In this document: one piece after another, positions 52,857-64,000 of the stretch
Layout of the letters: each line of letters opens with the position of its first letter
How positions within the stretch are numbered: the first letter of the stretch is position 1
From: an uncultured delta proteobacterium
Lineage (GTDB): Bacteria; Myxococcota_A; Polyangia; Haliangiales; Haliangiaceae
Direction: 5' to 3'
Length of the DNA: 64,000 nt
Assembly: GCA_963848295.1 (NCBI GenBank)
Contig: CAWKDB010000011.1
Span: forward strand, 352,001 to 416,000
Made by a program: the position numbers and the translations under genes
Notes under the pieces: model-generated
Seen by the model: only the letters and a program-made list of their open reading frames with translations
The model's database searches: none
What the model was told of the DNA's origin: nothing

Positions 52857-53765
52857 GTGACGACGTGTCCGATCTGCGCTGAGCGGCCTACCGAGGTCGG
52901 CGTGCTGTGCGAGGAGTGCCGCGATGACCTCGCGAGCCCGATCCGGACCACGCCCGAGCAGATCCAGCTGCGGGTCGGGGACAAGCCGACCGCGGCGGCG
53001 CTCGTCGATCTCTGGGGCCGGCCGCATACGCTCGAGCCCACCGTGCTCGTCGGTCGCCAGATCGACGGCCCGGGGCTCGCGCTGCTCGAACCGTCGGTCT
53101 CGCGCCGCCACGCCGAGCTCAAGTTCGCCAACGGCGCGTGGACGGTGCGCGACTTCGCGTCCGCGAACGGCACGTATGTCGCGGACCAGCTCGTCGAGAA
53201 CGAGGTCGAGACCGTGGTCAAGCCGCGCGATCGCCTGCGGTTCGGTCACATCGCGTTCTACCTGGTGAGCGACATCGCGCTGCTCCCGCCGCCTCGGATC
53301 GGCCGGACCGCGACCCGCACGATCCGTCCGCCGGGCAAGGACGACCCGGCGCCGGCGCCGCCTCCACCGAACGATTTCGCCGACGAGGAAGAGCGCACCG
53401 GCGTCGGGCTGCCGATCATGGCGTTCCAGCTGCACGAACCGACCGGCGGCGGCGGTGGCGTGATCGACGTCGAGGGCAAGCAAGTCCAGCTCACCACCAC
53501 GCAGTTCGAGCTGATGGCGTTGATGATTCGCCGGATGGCGGGCGAGGTGCACCAGCCCGAGCTCGTGCGCGGGTTCGTCCGGTCGTCCGAGCTGATCGCC
53601 GACCTGTCGTGGGATACGCGCGAGCCGAGCGAGAATCACGTCAAGCAGCTCGTTCGCCGCGTCCGGCGCGCACTACTCAAGGCCGACATGGGCGACTTGA
53701 TCGAGTCGCGTCACCGCTTCGGCTATCGACTGCGCGCGATCCCGAAGCCCGATCGCATCGGCTAA
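52857..53765 (+). CDS. Zn-ribbon + FHA + winged-helix transcriptional regulator
   Basis: CPIC...CEEC; FHA motifs VGR, SVSRRHA, SANGTYV; OmpR-like C-terminus LTTTQFELM...VRRVRRAL...IESRHRFGYRL. Confidence 0.78.
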   Translation: MTTCPICAERPTEVGVLCEECRDDLASPIRTTPEQIQLRVGDKPTAAALVDLWGRPHTLEPTVLVGRQIDGPGLALLEPSVSRRHAELKFANGAWTVRDFASANGTYVADQLVENEVETVVKPRDRLRFGHIAFYLVSDIALLPPPRIGRTATRTIRPPGKDDPAPAPPPPNDFADEEERTGVGLPIMAFQLHEPTGGGGGVIDVEGKQVQLTTTQFELMALMIRRMAGEVHQPELVRGFVRSSELIADLSWDTREPSENHVKQLVRRVRRALLKADMGDLIESRHRFGYRLRAIPKPDRIG

Positions 53766-53842
53766 GACTCGCGCCGGTGTCGCGGTGCCGGCGCGGCCGT
53801 GGGCTCCGTGCAGCCCGCGCGGATCTCGCCTATGATGATGCC

Positions 53843-54940
53843 GTGTCGCTCCGCATCGCACCGATGATGCTGCACAGCATCGACGGGAACGGCTGCATCA
53901 CCGAAGTCAGCGACCTGTGGCTTGCCAAGCTCGGCTACACCTGGGACGAGGTGATCGGCCGGCGGTCGGTCGAGTTCCTCACCGAGGACAGCGCGCGCTA
54001 TGCAAGCGACGTGGTCCTACCGATGTTCTTCGAGAGGGGTACGTGCGAGGTCGAGTACGACATGCGGCGCAAGGACGGCACGATCGTGCCGGTGCGCCTC
54101 CACGGCATCGCCGTACGCAACGATCGCGGCGGGTTCGTGCACTCGATCGCGGTCATCGAAGATCTCACCGAGCGCCGTGCCCTCGAAGCGAAGATGTTCG
54201 AGATCCAGAAGACCGAGAGTCTCGGTCTCATGGCCGGGAACATCGCGCACGACTTCAACAATCTACTGACAAGCCTCATCGGCAGTGCTCAGATCGCCGC
54301 TCGCCACGCGGCCCATATCCCCGCCGCGGCGAGCGCGCTCGACAACACGCTGCTCGCCGCAGCGCGGGCAGCCGACCTGTGCAAGCAGCTTCTTGCATAT
54401 TCCGGTCGAGGGCGGTTCGAGACGACCAATATTCAGATCGACGCGCTCGTCGCCGAGATGGCACAGGTGCTCGAAGTCCCGATCGGCACGCGAGCACGCG
54501 TCCGACTCGCACTCGGGGACCACACCGGGCGCGTCGACGCAGATGCGACGCAGATCCGCCAAGTGGTGATGAACCTGGTCCTCAACGCGGCCGAGGCCAT
54601 GGCGACGCCGGGCACGATCACGATTCGCACCGCGCGCGTAGAGCTCGATGCCAACGCGATCGCGGCGAGCTTGCGCCCCGAAGCGACGCCCGGCGCGTAC
54701 ACGAGCATCGCGGTCAGCGATGACGGCTGCGGGATGACGCCCGATGTTCGCGCACGCGTGTTCGAGCCGTTCTTCACGACCAAAGCGGCCGGGCGGGGCC
54801 TCGGACTCGCCGCGACGATCGGGATCGTGCGCGGACACCGTGGCACGCTGACCATCGCGAGCGCGCTCGGCGATGGCACGTGCTTCACCGTCTATCTGCC
54901 GATCGCGGGTCGGCCCGAACTAACTACGCTTCGCGCTTGA
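53843..54940 (+). CDS. PAS-domain sensor histidine kinase (no receiver domain)
   Basis: PAS (LGYTWDEVIGR, RRKDG), IAHDFNNLL H-box, NLVLNA, DDGCGM, FEPFFTTK, GRGLGL. Confidence 0.9.
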   Translation: MSLRIAPMMLHSIDGNGCITEVSDLWLAKLGYTWDEVIGRRSVEFLTEDSARYASDVVLPMFFERGTCEVEYDMRRKDGTIVPVRLHGIAVRNDRGGFVHSIAVIEDLTERRALEAKMFEIQKTESLGLMAGNIAHDFNNLLTSLIGSAQIAARHAAHIPAAASALDNTLLAAARAADLCKQLLAYSGRGRFETTNIQIDALVAEMAQVLEVPIGTRARVRLALGDHTGRVDADATQIRQVVMNLVLNAAEAMATPGTITIRTARVELDANAIAASLRPEATPGAYTSIAVSDDGCGMTPDVRARVFEPFFTTKAAGRGLGLAATIGIVRGHRGTLTIASALGDGTCFTVYLPIAGRPELTTLRA

Positions 54941-55409
54941 TCCGCACGTACGACGGCTCGAGCTCGACCGTCGCGGCGAGCTCCTCGAGCAGCGCGCGCA
55001 GCGACTTCATCTTCTTGCCGCCGAGGCGGCTGGCCCAGCGCGCTTCGGTCGCCTGCGCGACGCGCTTGCACTCGGCCGCCCACACCTTGCCCTTCGGGCC
55101 GAGGCGGACGCGCTTGATGACGCCGTGATCCGGGTCGGGGAACCGCTCGACCATCCGCATCTTCTCGAGATCGGCGATCAGGTCGCCCACGGTCTGCTTC
55201 GGCAGGCCCACCGCGGTAACGAGCTCGGACAGCCGAACGCCCTCCGGGCGTATGGCGCCGAGCAGCTGGACATGCGCCGAGCGCAAGGCCGGGAAGCCGA
55301 GACGCTCGAGCCGGCTCGCCACCTGCGACTGGAGGTCGTGCTGGGGAACGTCGAGCAGCGCCCGCAGGTCGCGAGAGCTGATTACAGTCGATCGAGACGT
55401 CTTCGCCAT
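54924..55409 (-). CDS. MarR family transcriptional regulator
   Basis: GVRLSELV..VGLPKQTVGDLIADLE...VERFPDP wHTH pattern. Confidence 0.8.
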   Translation of the reverse strand: MAKTSRSTVISSRDLRALLDVPQHDLQSQVASRLERLGFPALRSAHVQLLGAIRPEGVRLSELVTAVGLPKQTVGDLIADLEKMRMVERFPDPDHGVIKRVRLGPKGKVWAAECKRVAQATEARWASRLGGKKMKSLRALLEELAATVELEPSYVRIKREA

Positions 55410-55544
55410 GGTCACAGATGCGAACGGTTCGAAGGGAGTCGCGTCATATCAGAGCCGAATCTGGATCGGAACCCAGATTCGCCCCAAAGTCACGCGACCG
55501 TCGCGCTCCGGATGGCAACGCGCGTACGCGCCGCCACACAAATC

Positions 55545-58712
<3,168 letters not shown>

Positions 58713-58715
58713 GGC

Positions 58716-59798
58716 CTACTCCTGGACCTTCGCACCGTCGACGACCGCGTCCGTGATCGCCGTGACCACCTTGTCGCCCTTCTCGATGCCTTTGACGATC
58801 GAGACGTGGTCCGGGTCCGGCGCTTCCCCGAGCTGGACGATCCGCTCGACGAGCTCGCCCTTGACGACGAGGTATGCGCGATAGCCCTTACCGCCGTTGT
58901 CGGTGACCGCGGTCGCCGGGACGACCGGCAACGGTAGCTCGCCGACGGTCAGCCGCGCCTCGACAAACATCCCCGGCACGAGCTTGGCATTCGCGTCCTT
59001 GCCGAGCGTCGCTTCGACGATCAGCGAGCGGGACGCACCGATCTCGGCACCGATGCGTGTGACCTTCGCTTGATACACCGTGTTCGGCTCCGCGACCGAG
59101 GTAACGAGCACGGTCGCGTCTTGCTTGACGTCGGGCACGGCGGCCTCCGGCACCGACAGGTCGACGTGGAGCGGATCATCGTCGACCAGCGTGAACAGCG
59201 CCTTGCCCGGCTGCACCCATTCGCCGGGCGCCACCATCTTCGCAGCGATCACGCCGTCGAACGGCGCCCGCACGATGCCATCGGACACCGACTTCGCCAT
59301 CATCTCGGTGCGCGCCTGTGCCGCCGCCACCGACTGCAGCGACGACGTGCACTCGGTGTTTTGCTTGTCGAACTCGTCGCGCGTGATCGCGCCCTTGTCG
59401 AGCAGCTGCTTCGTGCGAGCGCATTCCTGCTCGGCGAGCTCCTTCTGAGCGCGTGCCGCGGCGAGGTTCGCCTGCGCCTCGCGAGCCGATAACGCCGCGT
59501 TGCGAACGTCGAGCTGGATTGCCGCATAGCCCTGCTTGACGCGCTGGCCGCGCTCGACGAACACGTTGACGACCTTGCCCTGCGTGTCCGCGGTGACATC
59601 CGAGCGTTGATCCGCGACGACCGTGCCGGTCAGCACGCGCACCTTTGGAGTCGGCAACACCTCGGCGATCGCGGTCGTCACCTTGATCGGCGGCGCCGCC
59701 TTCTTCGTGTTGGCGTCGTCGGTGTCGTCGTTCTTCTTACAACCGCTGATGGTGACGGCAGCAGCGATGATCAGTGCAGTCGTTGAGAACGCTCGCAT
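58716..59798 (-). CDS. RND periplasmic adaptor (MFP) lipoprotein
   Basis: ISGC lipobox, GKVVNVFVERGQRV, VRAPFDGVI, VPGMFV. Confidence 0.93.
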   Translation of the reverse strand: MRAFSTTALIIAAAVTISGCKKNDDTDDANTKKAAPPIKVTTAIAEVLPTPKVRVLTGTVVADQRSDVTADTQGKVVNVFVERGQRVKQGYAAIQLDVRNAALSAREAQANLAAARAQKELAEQECARTKQLLDKGAITRDEFDKQNTECTSSLQSVAAAQARTEMMAKSVSDGIVRAPFDGVIAAKMVAPGEWVQPGKALFTLVDDDPLHVDLSVPEAAVPDVKQDATVLVTSVAEPNTVYQAKVTRIGAEIGASRSLIVEATLGKDANAKLVPGMFVEARLTVGELPLPVVPATAVTDNGGKGYRAYLVVKGELVERIVQLGEAPDPDHVSIVKGIEKGDKVVTAITDAVVDGAKVQE

Positions 59799-59813
59799 GG
59801 CTTGGCCCTTCGA

Positions 59814-59829
59814 TGCATGGCCCCTGCCA
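59814..59829 (-). promoter_or_regulatory. Putative internal sigma54 promoter for MFP-RND
   Basis: Minus strand TGGCAGGGGCCATGCA (GG-N10-GC); the MFP ATG lies 17 nt after the -12 C. Confidence 0.5.
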
Positions 59830-59914
59830 GCCGGTGCGCCGGAGAGACCGAGAGGTCCCGCCGGGTTAGGCCGCGGCGGCTGTGTCGGCTTACTTTACAC
59901 GTGTCGGGCGGGAG

Positions 59915-61333
59915 CTACTTCGTCGGACCGGTGTCGTCGCCGAGCGCATGGTTGAGCTGAGCCAGTGCAACCCGGAGATCGACCCGCGCGTTCAGCGCCG
60001 CGATCCGGGCGCGCGTCAGATCGGTCGTCGAGTCGACGAGCTCGACCGCGGTGGCGCGGTCTGCGGCGAGCAGCTCGCGGCGAACGCGATAGCTCTCCTC
60101 GGCCGCCTCCAGTCCCTTCTTCGTCGTCGCGAGCGCATGGACCGCGAGCGCGACCGCTTGTTCGGCGGTGAGGAGCTCGATCCGGGTCCCGCGCAGGAGA
60201 TTCTCGCGGTCGGCGCGCAGCTCGTTCGCCTCGGCGTGGAGCCGCTTCTTGTTCGTCATCGAGTTCAGCGTGTCGCCGAGCGCCCAGGAGATCTGCGCGC
60301 CGAGCACCCACGTGAACGTGAACGTGTCGCTCTGCGGGAAGATGCGCGGGTTCGGGTTCGCATCCTCGATCGTGCCGAACGCCGACAGCTTGGGATACTG
60401 GTTCGCGGTCTCGGCGTCGGTCTGCAGGTCCTTGGCTTCGATCCCGAGCTTCAAGGTCTTGAGATCGAGGCGGTGCTCGACCGCGTGGGTCACGAGATCG
60501 TCGAGCCTGGCCTGGCCCGGCGTCTCGAGCTCGGCGCGAACGTCCTCGCCGAGCGAGAGCTGCTCGTCTTCGCTCGCGCCGATCAGCAGCCGCAGCTGCT
60601 CTTCGCGCAAGGTCGAAACATTGGTCAGCTGATCGACGGTCTGCTCGGCTTCGGCTTCCTGCGATTCGACGCGCAAGAGGTCCGCTTTCGACAGCCGCTG
60701 GACCTCGGCGAGCGCGCGAAACTGGCCGAGCGTCGCCTGCACGTTGACGAGCTGGCGCTTCGCGATCAGCACCTCGAGCCGCGCGCGCAGCCATTCGTAG
60801 TAGGCCAGCCGGGCGTCCTCGCCGGCGCTGACCTCGGCGTCTCGGCGCGACACCTTCGCGACCGCTTCGGCGACGTGAGCCGCATCGACGAGCTTCGGGT
60901 AGCGCAGCACGTAGTCGGAGAGCGGGACCGATAACGTCGCCTGCGAGTCGTAGAGGTGGTTGATGAAAGCGATCTGGAACGTACCGAGCGTCCCGAGCGC
61001 TTCCGAGAACGGCGCGACCGGGGACAGCTTGCTCGCCGCGAGCTTCGCGCTGAGCTGCGGCACGCGCTGGAGCTCGGCCTGCTCGCCCTCCGCGATCGCC
61101 GCGTCGACCTCGGCGATCTTGCGCCTCACGGTTGGCGACGCGGTCCCCGCGCGCGCAGCGGCCTGATCGGCGGTCAGCCCGCCGGCGGTGAACATCGCAT
61201 CGAGCTCCTTCTGGAAATCCGCGAGATCATCGGGGGCAGGCGCGGCGGCAGGAGCGGGTGCCTTGGGCGCGGGCTGCGCGAGCGCGGGGACCGCCAGCGC
61301 CGCACACGCGACAAACGATAGACGAGCGAGCAT
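59915..61333 (-). CDS. TolC family outer-membrane efflux protein
   Basis: Signal peptide and OEP repeats (VPQLS, YPKLS, AEESY...G/DRAT..EL). First gene of the RND operon. Confidence 0.9.
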   Translation of the reverse strand: MLARLSFVACAALAVPALAQPAPKAPAPAAAPAPDDLADFQKELDAMFTAGGLTADQAAARAGTASPTVRRKIAEVDAAIAEGEQAELQRVPQLSAKLAASKLSPVAPFSEALGTLGTFQIAFINHLYDSQATLSVPLSDYVLRYPKLVDAAHVAEAVAKVSRRDAEVSAGEDARLAYYEWLRARLEVLIAKRQLVNVQATLGQFRALAEVQRLSKADLLRVESQEAEAEQTVDQLTNVSTLREEQLRLLIGASEDEQLSLGEDVRAELETPGQARLDDLVTHAVEHRLDLKTLKLGIEAKDLQTDAETANQYPKLSAFGTIEDANPNPRIFPQSDTFTFTWVLGAQISWALGDTLNSMTNKKRLHAEANELRADRENLLRGTRIELLTAEQAVALAVHALATTKKGLEAAEESYRVRRELLAADRATAVELVDSTTDLTRARIAALNARVDLRVALAQLNHALGDDTGPTK

Positions 61334-61345
61334 GGGGCCGACCAA

Positions 61346-61361
61346 AGCACCGGCCGTGCCA
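61346..61361 (-). promoter_or_regulatory. sigma54 -24/-12 promoter of the efflux operon
   Basis: Minus strand TGGCACGGCCGGTGCT, near consensus. ATG 61333 lies 14 nt after the -12 C. A bEBP gene is adjacent. Confidence 0.7.
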
Positions 61362-61478
61362 CGATGCCAGCTTGCGGGCCGAGAGTTTCAGGGGTGATCT
61401 GTCGGCCGGCCTTACAACAGCGTGTGACCATCGACGGTCACGTTTCGTGGATCGCGTGCAAAGCGCTAGACTCACGTG

Positions 61479-62879
61479 ATGGAACGCGACGAGCCGGCTG
61501 GCACGACGTTGGCAGTCGAACCTGGGGTGCGCGAGAATTTCCGACCGTTTGCCGACGCGCTGTGGCGCAAGCAACGCGATCGGTATTTCCTCGACGAGTC
61601 CAAGCCGACGATGAAAGCGACGTTGGTCGCCGGCCTCGCGGTCGAGCTCGCGGTCATCGGCGTGCTCGTCCACGCGGGCTATCCGACCTGGCGGATCCTC
61701 GCGCTCGCGTCGATCTATGTCGCGTTCGCGGTCGGCCATCGCGTGGTCATGCGATTCACGCGCAACGCCCGCCCGCTGTGCGCGTCGCCGAACGTCGAGC
61801 ACGCGTTCATCGCGATGAACGTGCTCGCGCAGGTGTTCGTCGTCGGATCCGCCGCGCTGACCGGCGGCGTGCACTCGCCGTTCGTCCCCGGCACGGTGCT
61901 GCCTGCCATCGTCTCGTTGTTGTTCTTCGGCCCGCAAGCGGTGTCGCGCTGGATGGCGCTCGGCAACGCGCTGCTGATCGTCGCGATGGTCGCGTTGCCG
62001 AGCGACATCACCGGGCCCGCGCTGCCGGGCGCCGAGTACGCGGTCGCGATCTTGATCGGCCTGTGCTGGCACTTGCTGATGCTCCACATGATGGTCGGCA
62101 AGCTGTCGAAGATCGCGAGCCGGACCGGCGAGTCTATGGTGTCGCTGCGCGAGGAGCGGTTCAGCGATGCGTGTGCGCGCCTGCATCGGTTGCAGTCGGT
62201 CGGCGCGAAGGTCGCGCACGAGCTCAAGAACCCGCTCGCCTCGATCAAGGGGCTGTGCCAGCTCGTCTCGCGCGCCCCCGAGGGCGAGCGCACGCAAGAG
62301 CGGCTCGCGGTGGTCGCGTCGGAGATCACGCGGATGGAGACGATCCTGAGCGAGTACCTGTCGTTCTCGCGGCCGCTCGAAGACTTGTCGCCCGAAGCGA
62401 TCGATCTCGCGGCGCTCGCGCGCGAGGTCGTCGATGTGATGTCGGGGCGCGCCGAGCAAGCGGGCGTCCAGCTCGTCGTCGATGGCGAAGCGATGCCGGG
62501 CCACGGCGATCCGCGCCGGCTGAAAGAGGCCCTGATCAACCTGGTCGCGAATGCGATCGAGGCGACGCCGAACGGCGGTACGGTCACGCTCACCTTGCGG
62601 CGCGGGATCAGCGCGGTCACCGTCGAAGTGGCGGACACCGGCCGCGGCATCGCGACCGACGATCTCGAACGTCTCGGGACGCCGTTCTTCACGACCCGGA
62701 GCACCGGCACCGGCCTCGGCGTCACGCTCGCTCTCGGCGTCATCGCCCAACACGGCGGCGAGCTCAAGTACACCAGCACGGTCGGACGAGGCACGAGCGC
62801 TACGATCACGCTGCCGCTCAAGTCGGAGACCAGCCCAGAGCCCTCGACACGCGCAGCGATGGTCGAGGCGCGCGCGTGA
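61479..62879 (+). CDS. Membrane sensor histidine kinase
   Basis: Multiple TMs; VAHELKNPL, NLVANA, DTGRG, FFTT, GTGLG. Confidence 0.92.
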   Translation: MERDEPAGTTLAVEPGVRENFRPFADALWRKQRDRYFLDESKPTMKATLVAGLAVELAVIGVLVHAGYPTWRILALASIYVAFAVGHRVVMRFTRNARPLCASPNVEHAFIAMNVLAQVFVVGSAALTGGVHSPFVPGTVLPAIVSLLFFGPQAVSRWMALGNALLIVAMVALPSDITGPALPGAEYAVAILIGLCWHLLMLHMMVGKLSKIASRTGESMVSLREERFSDACARLHRLQSVGAKVAHELKNPLASIKGLCQLVSRAPEGERTQERLAVVASEITRMETILSEYLSFSRPLEDLSPEAIDLAALAREVVDVMSGRAEQAGVQLVVDGEAMPGHGDPRRLKEALINLVANAIEATPNGGTVTLTLRRGISAVTVEVADTGRGIATDDLERLGTPFFTTRSTGTGLGVTLALGVIAQHGGELKYTSTVGRGTSATITLPLKSETSPEPSTRAAMVEARA

Positions 62880-64000
62880 TCCTGCTCGTCGACGACGAGC
62901 CCGGCGTTCTGTTCACGCTGTCCGAAGTCCTCACCGAGCGCGGCCACAAGGTCGTCTCGGCACGGTCGGGTGCCGAGGCGCTCACCAAGTTCGACGACGC
63001 GGACGCCGTGCTCACCGATCTATCGATGCCAGGCATGGATGGTCTCGAGCTGATGGGCCAGCTCGTCGCGCGCGATCCGACGCTGCCGGTCATCTTGCTC
63101 ACCGCGCACGGCTCCGAGCGCGTCGCGGTCGCCGCGATCAAGCAGGGCGCGTACGACTACCTGATCAAGCCGTTCGACATCGACGAGGTCGCGCTCGTGA
63201 TCGAACGCGCGCTCGAGACCCGACGGCTGCGCGTCGACAACCGCCGGCTCGCCGCCGAGCAGACGCTCGGGCGCCGGATCATCGGCGCGAGTCGGCCGAT
63301 GCGGCGGTTGCTCGAGGCGACGAGCCGAGTCGCGTCGCGCGATGTCACCGTGCTCGTGCGCGGCGAGACCGGCACGGGCAAAGAGTTCGTCGCCGAGCTC
63401 CTCCACGCGCAATCCGCGCGCGCGGGCAAGCCGCTCGTTCGGTTCAACTGCGCCGCCCTCCCCGCCGAGCTCGCGGACGCCGAGCTCTTCGGCCACGTCC
63501 GCGGCGCGTTCACCGGCGCGGCGAACAGCCGGCCCGGTTATTTCGCACAAGCGAACAGTGGCACGCTGATCCTCGACGAGGTCGGCGAGCTCCCGCTGTC
63601 GGTGCAAGCCAAGCTGTTGCGCGCGCTGCAAGAAGGCGAGATCCAGCCGGTCGGCTCGGGTCGGATCGAGAAGGTCGACGTCCGCGTCGTCGCGTCGACG
63701 AACCGCGACCTCGCGAGCGAGGCCAAGACCGGTGTGTTCCGCGAAGACCTGTACTACCGGCTCGCGGTCGTCGAGCTCGTCGTGCCGCCGCTGCGCGATC
63801 GCAAGGACGACATCCCGGCGCTCGCCGAAGAGTTCGCGCGGCGCTACGGCGAGCGCTTCGGCCTGGGCTCGATCGCGCTCGATCCCGCGTTGATCGAGGC
63901 GCTCGGCCGCGACGACTGGCCCGGCAACGTGCGCCAGCTCGAGAACACGATCGCGCGGCTCGCGGCGCTTTCGAGCGGCGGCATGATCGGGCTGGCCGAT
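62876..64000 (+). CDS. sigma54-dependent response regulator (NtrC family), 3' end outside window
   Basis: GTG overlapping the kinase stop. Receiver: LLVDDE, TDLSMPGMDG, KPF. AAA+: GETGTGKE, ELFGH, GAFTGA, LDEVGE, REDLYYRL, WPGNVRQL. Confidence 0.93.
   Translation, partial: MILLVDDEPGVLFTLSEVLTERGHKVVSARSGAEALTKFDDADAVLTDLSMPGMDGLELMGQLVARDPTLPVILLTAHGSERVAVAAIKQGAYDYLIKPFDIDEVALVIERALETRRLRVDNRRLAAEQTLGRRIIGASRPMRRLLEATSRVASRDVTVLVRGETGTGKEFVAELLHAQSARAGKPLVRFNCAALPAELADAELFGHVRGAFTGAANSRPGYFAQANSGTLILDEVGELPLSVQAKLLRALQEGEIQPVGSGRIEKVDVRVVASTNRDLASEAKTGVFREDLYYRLAVVELVVPPLRDRKDDIPALAEEFARRYGERFGLGSIALDPALIEALGRDDWPGNVRQLENTIARLAALSSGGMIGLAD

Overview
This is a high-GC, gene-dense bacterial window, most likely Myxococcota. 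That is inferred from TPR/PEGA-type secreted proteins, many lipoproteins, an FHA regulator and sigma54 control. From left to right it holds: the end of a cbb3-oxidase locus (ccoP', frameshifted ccoG, ccoH, a DsbD/TauE-type gene, ccoI, ccoS); a LysR-linked minus-strand operon (truncated hmgA, hppD, acyl-ACP desaturase, ferritin-like diiron protein); and a run of lipoprotein, outer-membrane and enzyme genes, several of them damaged. Next comes a ~21-25 kb lipid biosynthetic cluster (19959-41390, possibly to 45303), followed by a 2-gene cassette bracketed by ~230-bp inverted repeats. The rest is a His-rich protein, an MBOAT plus two SGNH genes (O-acetylation locus), an M23 peptidase, regulators, and an RND efflux operon divergent from a histidine kinase/NtrC-type pair. 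The lipid cluster is the best candidate for an undescribed system. It encodes FAAL, ACP, desaturase, a cyclopropane-synthase-type methyltransferase and a KS-AT-ACP-KR-DH PKS fused to an alpha-oxoamine synthase (SPT/AONS-like) domain. With these sit inositol-3-phosphate synthase, inositol monophosphatase, an aminocyclitol-type aminotransferase, a GH3 amide ligase, an E2-like acyltransferase, a flippase-like membrane protein and an ALDH. Together this suggests a PKS-built sphingoid-like lipid with an (amino)inositol head group. No rRNA, tRNA, CRISPR array or transposase was recognised. All assignments come from motifs read by eye; no database search was run.
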